DNA of 64,000 nt, taken from contig JAJHRB010000001.1 of the NCBI GenBank assembly GCA_020833025.1, positions 6,943 to 70,942 of the forward strand, in the 5' to 3' direction. Origin of the DNA: Thermoproteaceae archaeon. Its GTDB lineage: Archaea > Thermoproteota > Thermoprotei > Thermoproteales > Thermoproteaceae. Of the stretch, positions 39,771 to 50,735 are shown one piece after another (position 1 is the first letter of the stretch; each line of letters begins with the position of its first letter). A model generated the notes under the pieces. That model was not told where the DNA came from. It saw only the letters and a program-made list of their open reading frames with translations, and searched no databases. Position numbers and translations under genes: made by a program.

Positions 39771-40769
39771 ATGACGTCCAAGAAGAAGAAACAGGAGGCA
39801 GAGGCGGCAGCGCAGGTTGCCGTGCAGGCGAGCCCAGAGCTAGATGTAGAGGAGCTAGAGGGCGTGGGGAGAGTCACCGGCGCGAGACTCAAGGAGAGAG
39901 GTTACTATACTGTGCACGACGTGGCGTTTGCATCAGTTAAAGAGCTTGCAGAGATCTTGGGGAACGAGGAGCGCGCGCAGCAGATCATTAACGCGGCCCG
40001 GAAAATGCTGGGCCTCAACGCATTCATAACAGCGCTTGAGGTGTACGATAGGAGGAAGAAGGTAAGGCGGATATCGACTGGCATAAAGGCTCTCGACGAG
40101 CTGCTAGGCGGCGGCATAGAGACAAAGGCCGTGACAGAAATTGCCGGCGAGTTCGGCTCCGGGAAGACACAGCTATGCCACCAGCTAGCGGTGATGGTGC
40201 AGCTGCCCGAGGACAGGGGCGGGCTCAACGCCAAGGCAATTTACATCGACACAGAAAACACGTTCAGGCCGGAGCGAATAGTTCAGATAGCCAAGGCTAG
40301 AGGACTGGATCCAGATGAGGCACTGCGCAACATACTCTACGCGAGAGCCTACAGCTCTGATCACCAGATGCTGCTGGTCGAGCAGGCAAAGTCCATGGTC
40401 AAGAGGCAGGGCGCGTCACTCCTAATTGTGGACTGCGTCATAGCGCACTTTAGAGCCGAGTACCCGGGCAGGGAGAATCTTGCAGAGAGACAGCAGAAGC
40501 TGAATAAACATGTCGCGGACCTGCTCAGAATAGCTGACGCGTACGACGTCGCCGTCGTGATAACAAACCAGGTCATGGCACAGCCTGATGTGTTCTTCGG
40601 CAACCCGCTGAGACCGGCGGGCGGCAATATTCTGGCTCACGGCGCGACGTACCGCATATGGCTCAGGAAGTCCAAGGAGAACATCAGGATAGCAAAGATT
40701 TTCGACAGCCCCTACCACCCAGAAGGAGAGGTCTCCTTCAGGATCACCGAGGAGGGCCTTGTCGATTAG
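39771..40769 (+). CDS. radA: DNA repair and recombination protein RadA, no intein
   Basis: [35 protein letters not shown]. Confidence 0.96.
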   Translation: MTSKKKKQEAEAAAQVAVQASPELDVEELEGVGRVTGARLKERGYYTVHDVAFASVKELAEILGNEERAQQIINAARKMLGLNAFITALEVYDRRKKVRRISTGIKALDELLGGGIETKAVTEIAGEFGSGKTQLCHQLAVMVQLPEDRGGLNAKAIYIDTENTFRPERIVQIAKARGLDPDEALRNILYARAYSSDHQMLLVEQAKSMVKRQGASLLIVDCVIAHFRAEYPGRENLAERQQKLNKHVADLLRIADAYDVAVVITNQVMAQPDVFFGNPLRPAGGNILAHGATYRIWLRKSKENIRIAKIFDSPYHPEGEVSFRITEEGLVD

Positions 40770-41371
40770 GTGTTCCGACCGCCGTGCATTAACAACAGCC
40801 AGTTGTACGCCGGCAGGAATTTAAAATTTGTCGTGACAAAGTCCCAGAACTTGCGGTAGATCTCGGCCGCTGGGTGCGACGATATTAACGCAAGCAGTCT
40901 AGCTGCCTCCGAGAAGCGGCCTGCAATAGCTAGACTCGCTGACACGTCAACGGCGAGAGTCCTCACGAGAGTGAGGGGGAGAGTCTCGCCCTCGATTATC
41001 TGGGCACGCGCGCGCTCGACTACGAGCTCCGGGCTCGCTCTCGCGACTATCGAGTCGACAAGGCGCTTGAGCATGGCAAGCGAGAGCTCGTAGGCGAGCT
41101 CGTCGGCCTTCACGCCGCTCGGCACGGCCCAGACTTCTATTAACTCCGGCTCCGTCACCGCGCGGGCGGTTGCAGCCTCTCTCATTATTGCGTAGTCGTT
41201 GGGCGGTAGTGACACCTTGAGTATTATCATGTCGCCAATTTCTAGCTTTGTCCGGTCAGCGCCCACTATCACAACATCAATAGGCGCTGGCCCGACGAGC
41301 TCTATACTTCTTTCAATTCTCTTTAGGGTCTCCTCTCTCACTTCGGCGGTAATAATGAAGTCGGCACTCAT
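40766..41371 (-). CDS. Hypothetical protein
   Basis: 201-aa ORF with ATG and protein-like composition. Confidence 0.7.
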   Translation of the reverse strand: MSADFIITAEVREETLKRIERSIELVGPAPIDVVIVGADRTKLEIGDMIILKVSLPPNDYAIMREAATARAVTEPELIEVWAVPSGVKADELAYELSLAMLKRLVDSIVARASPELVVERARAQIIEGETLPLTLVRTLAVDVSASLAIAGRFSEAARLLALISSHPAAEIYRKFWDFVTTNFKFLPAYNWLLLMHGGRNT

Positions 41372-41424
41372 GACTTCACCTGACCTCCTGAGGTTAATGT
41401 TTTATATGCGAAATAAAGGGCCGC

Positions 41425-43035
41425 GTGGGCGCGCCAAAATTTGACGTGATTATCACGACAGATCGCTCCATGATGTCGAACTACCACCACAAGGAGTTTC
41501 TCGGGTTTGGCACAACAGGGCCCGTGTTCGTAGAGCTGCCGCTCGGGCTCTCGGAAGTATTTCACTCCTTTCTGTTTGCCCCTAAGGTGAAGACCGACAG
41601 GTGGGGGAGGCCTCTTGAGGCGCCGTACGGGATGAGAAAAATCGAGGCAAAACTGCTAGATGCCGGCATCAACGCGGCAGTGATAGACCCCAGCCACGTC
41701 CACAAGCACATACCGCGCGCTAAGGTGCTCATGTTGAGCCACCACGACTACTTCGGTCTTAACCCTCCAAGCAGCACTTGGGGCGTGATTCTCAATAGAG
41801 AGCCGATGAATGCCATGTTCTTCAGGAGGTTCATGGAGAGAATCGCGCCGCTGGTTAAGAGAGCCAAGGCGGAGAACGGGCTCAGAGTGATAGCCGGGGG
41901 GCCGGCAGCGTGGCAATGGCTTTACTTCCCCGAGCTTATAGAGAGGTGGGGCGTAGATACAATATTCGACGGCGAGGGCGAGAGACACATCGTGTCGCTT
42001 GTGAAAATGGCACTGGAGGGGGAGCCGCTCCCGAAGTACTTGTACGTCGGCGCCGACGAAGCCCCCAGCCTCTCTGAAATCTCGACGATTAAGTACCCGA
42101 GCATAAACGGGCTCGTAGAGATAGGCAGAGGCTGCCCCAGACGCTGCGCGTTCTGCCCCGTGACATTACGCCCCCTACGATGGTACCCGCTTAGCAAAAT
42201 TGAGGAGGAGATTAAAGTGAACGTACAGGCAGGGGTCGTAGACGGCATACTGCATGCGGAGGACGTGCCTCTCTACGGCTCCAGCGGCATCGTGCTGGAC
42301 CCCGAGAAAGTAATAGCTCTGCATAAGCTGGCCAAACGTTACTACCGCAGGGTAGGGTGGAGCCACACGGCGCTGGCCACGGTGTACCACGGAGAGAAGA
42401 AGATGGGGCGTCTCTTCACAAAGCTGGCTGAGATCCTGCTTGACGAGGATCAAGAGTGGTGGGGGGCCCAGGTGGGCCTTGAGACTGGGTCTGTGCGCCT
42501 GATTAAGAGGTTCATGCCGGGGAAGGTAGCGCCGTACCGGATCGAGCAGTGGAGGGAGATAGTCGTGGAGGCTGCTGCTATAATGCACGAAATCAGGCTG
42601 ATACCCGCGCTTACAATAATAGTAGGGCTGCCAGAGGAGCGGCCGGAGGATGTCATTGAGACCATCGAGCTGGTGGAGCAGCTCAGGCCGTACAGGAGCT
42701 TAATCGTGCCGCTCTTCTACGTGCCCATGAGCCACGTTACGAGCGGGAAGACCGGGTGGCTTGACAGGCTGAACCTGTACCCAGAGCACCTCGACCTGTT
42801 AAAGCTCGTCGCGAGACACTCGATACACTGGGCCCGGGATATAGTTAACAGGTTTTACCTGCGGGGGATGCGCTACGCTCTTGTGAGATTTTTAATAAAT
42901 TATTTCATTAACTATGTCGAGAGGAAGTTGAATGAGATAGAAGATGTCGTGGAGAGCTACAAGGAGAGGCTAAAGCAGTTCAGAGAATCCGCTAGGAGAG
43001 AGATCCTACTGTTTTCGGACATTAAGTGCCGTTAA
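41425..43035 (+). CDS. B12-binding-type radical SAM protein
   Basis: GRGCPRRCAFC, IAGGPAA, GEGE, GLETGS. Confidence 0.88.
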   Translation: MGAPKFDVIITTDRSMMSNYHHKEFLGFGTTGPVFVELPLGLSEVFHSFLFAPKVKTDRWGRPLEAPYGMRKIEAKLLDAGINAAVIDPSHVHKHIPRAKVLMLSHHDYFGLNPPSSTWGVILNREPMNAMFFRRFMERIAPLVKRAKAENGLRVIAGGPAAWQWLYFPELIERWGVDTIFDGEGERHIVSLVKMALEGEPLPKYLYVGADEAPSLSEISTIKYPSINGLVEIGRGCPRRCAFCPVTLRPLRWYPLSKIEEEIKVNVQAGVVDGILHAEDVPLYGSSGIVLDPEKVIALHKLAKRYYRRVGWSHTALATVYHGEKKMGRLFTKLAEILLDEDQEWWGAQVGLETGSVRLIKRFMPGKVAPYRIEQWREIVVEAAAIMHEIRLIPALTIIVGLPEERPEDVIETIELVEQLRPYRSLIVPLFYVPMSHVTSGKTGWLDRLNLYPEHLDLLKLVARHSIHWARDIVNRFYLRGMRYALVRFLINYFINYVERKLNEIEDVVESYKERLKQFRESARREILLFSDIKCR

Positions 43036-43498
43036 GTGCAAAGCCTAGAAGCCTGCCGCGCAGCGAGCCCCTCACGTCGACAAGCGAGCCCGCGCGAGCG
43101 AAACCCAGCACTGCAGCCAAAATGCAAGCTGTGCCGCACTGCACGCAGCACGAAAGCGGGACTTCCTTGTCGCACTCAACCTCGCCGTGCTTGCAAACAA
43201 GCTCCTCGATGAGCTTCCAGGCCTTCCTCAATAGACTCTCGCGCGGGACTTGAAGCTCGAGCGCTAGAGATGTTGTAATACCGTAAATGTCAGTAATGTA
43301 GAGTATCGACTTGACGCCGAGGCGCGAGGCGAGCGACGACATACACGGCAGAGTCCTCCTCTCCAGCCTGCCGCCGCAAAGCCGGTATATTTCCTTAAAC
43401 CGCTTTAGCGCTTCGGCGTCTGCCTCGACATACGCTAACAGCCCGCTTCTCCAGTCAACAAGCGCGACTCCCCTGCACGCATATCCGTCAGCGTGCAC
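43022..43498 (-). CDS. Hypothetical Cys-rich protein, start uncertain
   Basis: The in-frame GTG at 43498 abuts the TATA box; the TATA-positioned ATG at 43482 is out of frame. Confidence 0.65.
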   Translation of the reverse strand: MHADGYACRGVALVDWRSGLLAYVEADAEALKRFKEIYRLCGGRLERRTLPCMSSLASRLGVKSILYITDIYGITTSLALELQVPRESLLRKAWKLIEELVCKHGEVECDKEVPLSCCVQCGTACILAAVLGFARAGSLVDVRGSLRGRLLGFALNGT

Positions 43499-43529
43499 GA
43501 TTTATATGTTGCCGCAGGGCTTAAGCGGC

Positions 43530-43839
43530 GTGGCGACGGTGTGTCTCGCGTGCGCAGAGCACGAATATGCCAGACCGTCGGCCGCGGTGCGGTGCACTAT
43601 CTGCGGGGCCGAGGTCGGCTGGAGGAATGTGATATCCCATTACGTGGAACACGGCAAGAGGGACGGGGATGGCGTCGCGTGCACTATATGCAATGAGCGA
43701 GTAAGCCCGGCGATTACAGGCAGCACGTGAGGGGGCACTTTGTGGTGAGGCGCGAGTCTTACTACACGCGCGGCGTCTGCGGGAGAAGCTTTATTGTTGT
43801 CAAATCGCTTATTGTGCGCAAATGAGATCGCACGAATGA
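43530..43839 (+). pseudogene. Multi-zinc-finger (C2H2-like) gene broken by two frameshifts
   Basis: CLAC, CTIC..H..H and CTIC in frame 0; continues as DYRQHVRGHF..VCGRSF in the -1 frame after 43708; a second shift near 43820 gives MRSHE* overlapping the carS ATG. Confidence 0.55.
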
Positions 43840-44333
43840 TAGACATAGTCGGCTTCCTGCTTCTCATTTGGCCCCCTTATGTTGCCAACGGCTCTGCCGT
43901 TCTGGCCAGCAAGCTTAAGTGGCGCCACCCCGTGGACTTTGGCAGGACGCTTCCAGACGGTAGGCGGGTTTTTGGAGACGGCAAGACTTACGAGGGGCTC
44001 CTGATCGGGATCTCTGCCGGCACGCTGGTGGGCTACCTGCCTAACATTGCATGCCCGCGTCTAGCGCTTCATGATGCCTTAATTCTGTCGGCGGCGGCAA
44101 TGCTGGGAGACCTGCTCGGCGCCTTCATAAAGCGCCGCCTCTGCATGCCCCGGGGGTACCCCGCTGTTCCCCTCGACCAGCTCGACTTCATACTCACGTC
44201 GCTGCTGGTGTACAGCATATACGCCGACGTGCCACTGGAGTTCATAGCCGCAGCAGCAGTAATAACGCCGCTCATGCACCGCGCAACCAACCGCATAGCA
44301 CATCTAGTGGGACTGAAGGGCGAGCCGTGGTAG
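43836..44333 (+). CDS. carS: CDP-archaeol synthase
   Basis: ANGSAV, PVDFG, FGDGKTYEG, GDLLGAFIKRR, LDQLDF. Confidence 0.9.
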   Translation: MIDIVGFLLLIWPPYVANGSAVLASKLKWRHPVDFGRTLPDGRRVFGDGKTYEGLLIGISAGTLVGYLPNIACPRLALHDALILSAAAMLGDLLGAFIKRRLCMPRGYPAVPLDQLDFILTSLLVYSIYADVPLEFIAAAAVITPLMHRATNRIAHLVGLKGEPW

Positions 44334-44371
44334 GGACTGAATATTTTAATAGTGCCGCCATGCACTAATCC

Positions 44372-44662
44372 ATGTACATTGTTATCGGCGACAGGCTAAC
44401 GGTGGCGCTATTCAAGTTAATGGGGTTTGAGGGCACTGTCATGGAGGATCCGAAGGAGGCGCTCGCGTTCATGGCCAAGGGAATCGAAACTTATGATATT
44501 ATCTTCATTGCGTCCAAAGTCGCAAAGCCAATACGGAGGGAACTCGACGACATCAGACTCAAGAACCCGCGCAAGTTTATAGTGGAGATCCCGAGCGTAG
44601 AGGAGAGCATCGAGCGCGAGGTTAACTACCTCTGGCTCGTCAGACAGGTTCTCGGCGGCTGA
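44372..44662 (+). CDS. atpF: A/V-type ATP synthase subunit F
   Basis: VIGD..TV..FKLMG, P.FIVEIP. Confidence 0.85.
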   Translation: MYIVIGDRLTVALFKLMGFEGTVMEDPKEALAFMAKGIETYDIIFIASKVAKPIRRELDDIRLKNPRKFIVEIPSVEESIEREVNYLWLVRQVLGG

Positions 44663-44693
44663 ACTCTTTTTAAGTGGGCAGATAGCACCCTTC

Positions 44694-45269
44694 ATGTCCT
44701 CGCTCTTTGCGAGCCTGGTGAGCAGCAAAATAAACGAGCTCGAGGAGTTGAAGAAAAACATTCCAGTCGAGATCGAGACGAGACTCAAGCGGGAGGCCCA
44801 CGCAGTGTTGTCGAAATTCTCTGAGAAAATTTCAAGCGTAGAGAGCGAGGTCGCTCTCGAGCGAGAGCGCTTGCTTTTCGAGGCGTTAATCCGGTCGAGA
44901 GAGGTAGTTGCGGAGACGTACGAACAGATGCTCAGAGACTTAATAGAGGCTGTGTACAGCGAGATAGACAAGCTTAGGGGGTCGGAGAGGTACGCGAGAC
45001 TGCTAGCGAGACTTCTTGAAAGCTCGCTCAAGTACGTACAGTCGAGGGACGTCGTGATATATGTCTCGCCGAGGGACAGAGGTGTTGTGGAGGCCGTTGC
45101 GAGAAACATGGGCATTACCGGCATCGTAGCCGAGAGGGACATCAGGGGCGGCATCATAGTTGCCTCTAAAGACGGCTCGATCATGGTCGACTACTCAATT
45201 GAAACGCTCCTCTCAAACATGATGGAAGACTTAAAACATCTAGTATACGCGGAGGTACATGAGCGGTAG
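44694..45269 (+). CDS. atpE: A/V-type ATP synthase subunit E
   Basis: Helical N-terminus, IRGGIIV..DG..VDYS. Confidence 0.82.
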   Translation: MSSLFASLVSSKINELEELKKNIPVEIETRLKREAHAVLSKFSEKISSVESEVALERERLLFEALIRSREVVAETYEQMLRDLIEAVYSEIDKLRGSERYARLLARLLESSLKYVQSRDVVIYVSPRDRGVVEAVARNMGITGIVAERDIRGGIIVASKDGSIMVDYSIETLLSNMMEDLKHLVYAEVHER

Positions 45270-47064
45270 TGGAGTCGGCAAGATAGAATACATCTCTGGC
45301 CCCGTCATCAAAGCAGACCTTCCCGGCGCTAAGCTTTACGAGCTCGTCTTCGTCGGCGAGCTTAAGCTGTTCGGCGAGGTTGTCAGAATACAGGGAGACA
45401 AAGTATTCGTTCAGGTCTACGAGGACACCACCGGTCTCAGGCCGGGCGAGCCGGTCATAAGGACCGGCGAGCCGCTCAGCGCGTGGCTCGGGCCGACGAT
45501 AATGGGCAAGATTTACGACGGGGTGCAGAGGCCTCTCAAGTTCATCGAGGAGATATTCAAGAGGCCGTTCGTGGCACGAGGCATAGGGTATGACAAGGCG
45601 CCGCCGCTCGACTTGAACGCAGAGTTCGAGTTCATGCCAGACGTGAAGCCGGGCGAGGAGGTCTGGCCAGGCGACATCCTGGGCCACGTCAAGGAGACAG
45701 AGCTGACCACACACTACGTAATGTACCCGCCGCTGCCGGGCAACACGCCAGGCGTTGTCGAGTGGATTGCCGAGGGCAAGCATAGGGTTGACGACGTCAT
45801 AGCCAGGGTCAGAACAAAGCACGGAGTGGTGGAGGTCAAGATGTGGCACAAGTGGCCCGTTAGAAAGCCGAGGCCCTTCAGGGAGAAGCTCCCGCCGACG
45901 GAGCCTCTAATTACAGGCCAGCGGGTCATTGAAACCATGTTCCCGGTAGCCAGGGGAGGCACTGCCTCGGTTCCCGGCCCCTTCGGCACCGGCAAGACGG
46001 TTCTTCTCAGGGCGCTGTTCCTGTTCGCGCAGGCCAGGATAATCGTGCCAGTGCTCTGCGGCGAGCGCGGCAACGAGGCTGCCGACGCGCTGCACACGCT
46101 GCTGAAGCTTAAGGACGTCGCGACCGGCAGATCGCTCCTGGAGAGGACTATAATTATCGTCAACACGTCTAACATGCCCGTGGCCGCGAGGGAGGCGTCA
46201 GTCTACATGGGCGTAACGATTGCCGAGTACTTCAGAGATCAGGGCTACGACGTTCTCCTGACGGCGGACTCGACGTCGCGCTGGGCCGAGGCCATGAGGG
46301 AGGTCGCGCTGCGTATAGGCGAGATGCCGTCAGAGGAGGGCTTCCCGGCTTACCTGCCGACCAGGATTGCCGAGTTCTACGAGCGCGCCGGCCGCGTGAG
46401 GGTTCTAGGCAAGAAAGAGCGCGTCGGCTCCGTCACGATATGCGCCTCCGTAAGCCCGCCCGGCGGCGACTTCACAGAGCCGGTCACGTCGCACACCCTC
46501 AGGTTCGTGGGCACGTTCTGGCCGCTGTCCGCGAAGCTCGCCTACGCGAGGCACTACCCCGCAATAGACTGGCTCCTCGCGTTCTCGCGCTACGTCGACA
46601 CGGTCGAGGTGTGGTGGTCCGCGAACGTATCGCCGGAGTGGAAGAAAATACGGGACGAGTTCCAGTCTCTGCTGGTCAAGGAGGCCGAGCTCGCAGAGAT
46701 CGTCAGGATCCTCGGCACAGAGGCGCTGAGCGAGTACGAGAAGCACATAATGAACGCTGCCTATCTGATCAGGGAGGGCTTCCTGAAGCAGGACGCATAC
46801 AACCCAGTAGACACGCCGTGTTCGCCCCTCAAGAACTTCCTACTCGCCAAGGCTATCCACACGTTCTACGAGGAGGGCTTGAAGGCCGTTGAAGCCGGAG
46901 TTCCGGCGTCGGTGCTCAGAGAGCTCGAGACCGTTAAGCGCTTGCCGAGGCTCAGAATGGAGGTGACCAACGAGGCAGCCAAGGAGGAGATAACGAAATT
47001 CATCGAGAAGATGGTCGAGGAGATCCGGGCCGCGGTGGCCAAATACGCTGGCAGGAAGGTATAG
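45259..47064 (+). CDS. atpA: A/V-type ATP synthase subunit A, no intein
   Basis: GPFGTGKT, CGERGNE, ADSTSRWAEA, VSPPGGDF. Confidence 0.95.
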   Translation: MSGSGVGKIEYISGPVIKADLPGAKLYELVFVGELKLFGEVVRIQGDKVFVQVYEDTTGLRPGEPVIRTGEPLSAWLGPTIMGKIYDGVQRPLKFIEEIFKRPFVARGIGYDKAPPLDLNAEFEFMPDVKPGEEVWPGDILGHVKETELTTHYVMYPPLPGNTPGVVEWIAEGKHRVDDVIARVRTKHGVVEVKMWHKWPVRKPRPFREKLPPTEPLITGQRVIETMFPVARGGTASVPGPFGTGKTVLLRALFLFAQARIIVPVLCGERGNEAADALHTLLKLKDVATGRSLLERTIIIVNTSNMPVAAREASVYMGVTIAEYFRDQGYDVLLTADSTSRWAEAMREVALRIGEMPSEEGFPAYLPTRIAEFYERAGRVRVLGKKERVGSVTICASVSPPGGDFTEPVTSHTLRFVGTFWPLSAKLAYARHYPAIDWLLAFSRYVDTVEVWWSANVSPEWKKIRDEFQSLLVKEAELAEIVRILGTEALSEYEKHIMNAAYLIREGFLKQDAYNPVDTPCSPLKNFLLAKAIHTFYEEGLKAVEAGVPASVLRELETVKRLPRLRMEVTNEAAKEEITKFIEKMVEEIRAAVAKYAGRKV

Positions 47065-47117
47065 GCCAGCCGGCTCCAGCAGATTTTTTATAAACTAAGC
47101 TGGAGATCTCTTTCTCT

Positions 47118-47345
47118 GTGGGCAGAATAGTCATTGGCGTTAAGGACGTTTCTGTCATACCCAGAGAGCAGGCAAAGGAGCTCCTCAAGAAGCTGAGACT
47201 GAAGCCGTGGCAACTCCCCTGGATCAGAGCCAGCGACCCCCTTGTTAAGTATGCCGGCGCGAGGCCCGGAGATATACTGAAAATAGTCGAGGAGTTCCCG
47301 ACGGCCGAGGAGGTAGTGTGTTACCGCCTCGTCGTGCCGGGATAG
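47118..47345 (+). CDS. rpoH: RNA polymerase subunit Rpo5 (H)
   Basis: QLPWI..SDP, GDILKI, YRLVV. Confidence 0.9.
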   Translation: MGRIVIGVKDVSVIPREQAKELLKKLRLKPWQLPWIRASDPLVKYAGARPGDILKIVEEFPTAEEVVCYRLVVPG

Positions 47346-47351
47346 GCAGCC

Positions 47352-50300
47352 ATGCCAGAGCTCTCTCTACTCCCGGTAATCAAGAGCTCGCGAGAGGAGG
47401 AGTTCCCGACTAGTGACGACAGGTGGGCCCTAGTCGAGAGGTTGATTAAAGACCGGGGCCTCGTATATCACCAGATAAAGTCATTCAACGATTTTCTTGA
47501 AAGGAAGCTGCATAAAATAATAGAGGAGTTCAAGGTTATTGAGACAGAGATAAAGGGGCTCAGAATAATCCTTGAGAGAATTGAAGTAGAGTGGCCCAGA
47601 ATAAAGGAGAGCGACGGCTCCGAGTCGCTCATATTCCCGATGGAGGCAAGGCTTCGCAACGCGACTTACGCCGCGCCGATGAAACTTGTTGCAACTCTAT
47701 ATGTTGACGACGAGCCCTATATCACTGACAAGTTCTACATTGGTGATCTGCCAATAATGGTTAAGTCTAAGAGGTGTAACTTGACGAGACTCAAGCCAGA
47801 GGAGTACGTTAAGAAATTTGAGGACCCAGAAGACTTTGGCGGCTACTTCATAATTAACGGCAGCGAGCGAGTGGTAATATCTCAAGAGGACCTGGTTACG
47901 GACAGGCCGATTTATGATGAGGGTGACAGGCCATCTGTTAAGTACATCGCAAAGGTTGCCTCGACAGGCATAGGCTACAGGAGCACGGTAACAGTAGAAC
48001 TGCACAGAGACGGCATTATTTACGTCATACTGTCAGCAATACCCGTGAGAATTCCGTTCCCGATCTACATGAAGGCCTTGGGCCTTGCGACAGACGAGGA
48101 AATAGTCAGAGCGGTGTCGGACGACCCCGAGATACAAAAGGAGCTCCTGCCGTCTCTAGTGATCGCGAGCCAGCTGGCCGCGACCCAGGAGGACGCGCTG
48201 GACTACATAGGCGGCAAGGTTGCCGTGGGGCAGCCCAGGCCCGTGAGAGTTGAGAGGGCCCTTCAGATGCTGGATAAATACTTCCTGCCGCATCTGGGCA
48301 CGACGGCGACAGACGAGAAAAAGCAACAGGAGATCCGGCTGAGGAAGGCCCTCATGCTCGGGCAGATAGTCAAGGGGCTTGTGGAGCTGCAGCTCGGCAG
48401 GAGAAAACCTGATGACAAGGACCATGTGGCAAATAAGAGGGTGAGGCTCGTTGGCGACTTGATAGCGCAGCTCTTCAGGACAGTATTCAAGCAGTTCTTG
48501 CAAGAGCTAAGGAGCCAGCTTGAGAAGTACTACGCCAGAGGGAGGATACCGCACCTGCAGACAATAGCAAGACCGGACATCATAACCGAGAGAATAAGGC
48601 AGGCGCTGGCCACCGGGAACTGGGTCGGCGGCAAGACCGGCGTCTCGCAGCTGCTCGACAGGACTGACTACCTCTCGACGCTTAGTTATCTCAGGCGGGT
48701 GGTCTCGTCGCTGTCCAGAGCCCAGCCGCACTTTGAGGCGCGCGACCTCCACCCGACGCAGTGGGGCAGGCTGTGTGCCGTCGAGACTCCCGAGGGCCAG
48801 AACGTGGGCCTAGTGAAGAACCTGGCCTTGCTGGCTGAGGTGACGGGCGGAATTGACGAGGAGGAGGTAGAGCAGTTACTGTACAGCCTCAAGGTCGTGC
48901 CAATACTGAGGGCGAGAGAGAAGGGCGTGCGCGGCGCCGAGGTGTACCTCAACGGGAGGTTGATAGGCATTCACACAAATCCCGAGGAGCTTGTGAATAC
49001 AGTGCGGAGCCTCAGAAGGCAGGGGAAGATAAGCTACGAGATCAATATCGCCTACCTTAACAACGCGGTGTGCGTGAACTGTGATGGAGGGCGCCTCAGG
49101 AGGCCTCTTCTCGTCGTTGAGAGTGGAAAGCTCAAGCTGACGGAGGAGGTAGTCGAGAGAGTGAGACGCGGCGAGCTCAGCTGGGACGACCTAGTAAAGA
49201 TGGGCGTTATTGAGTATCTCGACGCGGACGAGGAGGAGAACGCGAGAATAGCAGTAGACCCCCGCGGAGATCTTAGCGGCTACACGCACGTAGAGATAAT
49301 ACCGTCTGCTATACTCGGCGCCGTGGCGTCAATCATACCGTACCTAGAGCACAACCAGTCGCCGCGCAATCAGTACGAGGCGGCCATGGCAAAGCAGTCG
49401 CTGGGCCTGCCGCAGCTTAACTTCCTCTACAAGCTCGACCCGAGAGGCCACATGCTCTACTACCCGGAGAGGCCTATAGTCACCACGCGCGGGCTGGAGC
49501 TTATTGGCCTCTCAAGAAGGCCGGCGGGCCAGAACGCTGTGGTGGCGCTTCTAGCCCTTGCCGGCTACGGCATGGAGGATGCCGTTATCCTGAACAGGGC
49601 AGCTGTTGAGCGCGGCATGATGCGCTCCGTGTTCTACAGGACCTACGAGACCGAGGAGCAGAAGTATCCGGGCGGCGAGGAGGACAGAATAGAAATACCT
49701 GATAGCTCTGTCAAGGGCTACAGAGGGCCCGAGGCATACAGCCACCTAGACGAGGACGGAATTGCACCGCCCGAGGTTTATGTGAGCAGCGGCGAGGTGA
49801 TTATAGGCAAGACGTCGCCGCCGAGATTCTACACGACGCTTGAGGCCGAGCGCATCATAAAGGAGAGGCGGGACTCGTCCGTCGCCGTGAGGCGCGGCGA
49901 GAGAGGCATTGTCGACAAGGTCGTCATAACTGAGTCGCAGGAGGGCAACAGACTTGTGAAGGTGAGACTGAGGGAGCTTAGAATTCCCGAACTGGGGGAC
50001 AAGTTTGCATCACGCCACGGGCAGAAGGGCGTTGCCGGAATGCTGCTGAGGCACGAAGACATGCCGTTCACTGAGAGCGGCACAGTGCCTGACATCATAG
50101 TGAACCCACACGCACTGCCGTCGCGCATGACGGTTGGCCAGCTTCTGGAGAGCATGGCGGGGAAGGTCGGCGCCCTGATGGGCGCGCTTGTTGACGCGAC
50201 GCCGTTTGAGGGCATTAAGGAGGACGAGCTGAGAAGGCTCCTGCTGAAGCTCGGCTACAGATGGGACGGGAAGGAGGTCATGTATAGCGGCATGACCGGC

Positions 50301-50735
50301 GAGAAACTCGTTGCCGATGTGTTCATAGGCATTGTGTACTACCAGAAGCTGCACCACATGGTTGCTGATAAGATTCACGCAAGGGCGAGGGGGCCCGTGC
50401 AGATCCTCACTAGACAGCCGACTGAGGGGCGCTCGCGCGAGGGCGGGCTTAGACTCGGCGAGATGGAAAGGGACGTCTTCATAGCGCATGGAGCCTCTGC
50501 GCTGCTTTACGAGAGGCTCGTGGAGTCCAGCGACAAGTACGCGATGTACGTTTGCGAGCTCTGCGGGCTTCCCGCTTATCTGGACGCGAGGATCAATAGG
50601 CCGAGGTGTCCCATTCACGGCGATGCGGGTCAGTTCGCCAGAGTTATAGTGCCCTATGCATTCAAGCTCTTGCTGCAGGAGCTCATTGCGCTTGGCATAT
50701 ATCCCAGGCTGGAATTAACGGAAGTACTGGAGTAG
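47352..50735 (+). CDS. rpoB: RNA polymerase subunit Rpo2 (B), unsplit
   Basis: GDKFASRHGQKG, RQPTEGRSREGGLRLGEMERD, ETPEG. Confidence 0.97.
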   Translation: MPELSLLPVIKSSREEEFPTSDDRWALVERLIKDRGLVYHQIKSFNDFLERKLHKIIEEFKVIETEIKGLRIILERIEVEWPRIKESDGSESLIFPMEARLRNATYAAPMKLVATLYVDDEPYITDKFYIGDLPIMVKSKRCNLTRLKPEEYVKKFEDPEDFGGYFIINGSERVVISQEDLVTDRPIYDEGDRPSVKYIAKVASTGIGYRSTVTVELHRDGIIYVILSAIPVRIPFPIYMKALGLATDEEIVRAVSDDPEIQKELLPSLVIASQLAATQEDALDYIGGKVAVGQPRPVRVERALQMLDKYFLPHLGTTATDEKKQQEIRLRKALMLGQIVKGLVELQLGRRKPDDKDHVANKRVRLVGDLIAQLFRTVFKQFLQELRSQLEKYYARGRIPHLQTIARPDIITERIRQALATGNWVGGKTGVSQLLDRTDYLSTLSYLRRVVSSLSRAQPHFEARDLHPTQWGRLCAVETPEGQNVGLVKNLALLAEVTGGIDEEEVEQLLYSLKVVPILRAREKGVRGAEVYLNGRLIGIHTNPEELVNTVRSLRRQGKISYEINIAYLNNAVCVNCDGGRLRRPLLVVESGKLKLTEEVVERVRRGELSWDDLVKMGVIEYLDADEEENARIAVDPRGDLSGYTHVEIIPSAILGAVASIIPYLEHNQSPRNQYEAAMAKQSLGLPQLNFLYKLDPRGHMLYYPERPIVTTRGLELIGLSRRPAGQNAVVALLALAGYGMEDAVILNRAAVERGMMRSVFYRTYETEEQKYPGGEEDRIEIPDSSVKGYRGPEAYSHLDEDGIAPPEVYVSSGEVIIGKTSPPRFYTTLEAERIIKERRDSSVAVRRGERGIVDKVVITESQEGNRLVKVRLRELRIPELGDKFASRHGQKGVAGMLLRHEDMPFTESGTVPDIIVNPHALPSRMTVGQLLESMAGKVGALMGALVDATPFEGIKEDELRRLLLKLGYRWDGKEVMYSGMTGEKLVADVFIGIVYYQKLHHMVADKIHARARGPVQILTRQPTEGRSREGGLRLGEMERDVFIAHGASALLYERLVESSDKYAMYVCELCGLPAYLDARINRPRCPIHGDAGQFARVIVPYAFKLLLQELIALGIYPRLELTEVLE

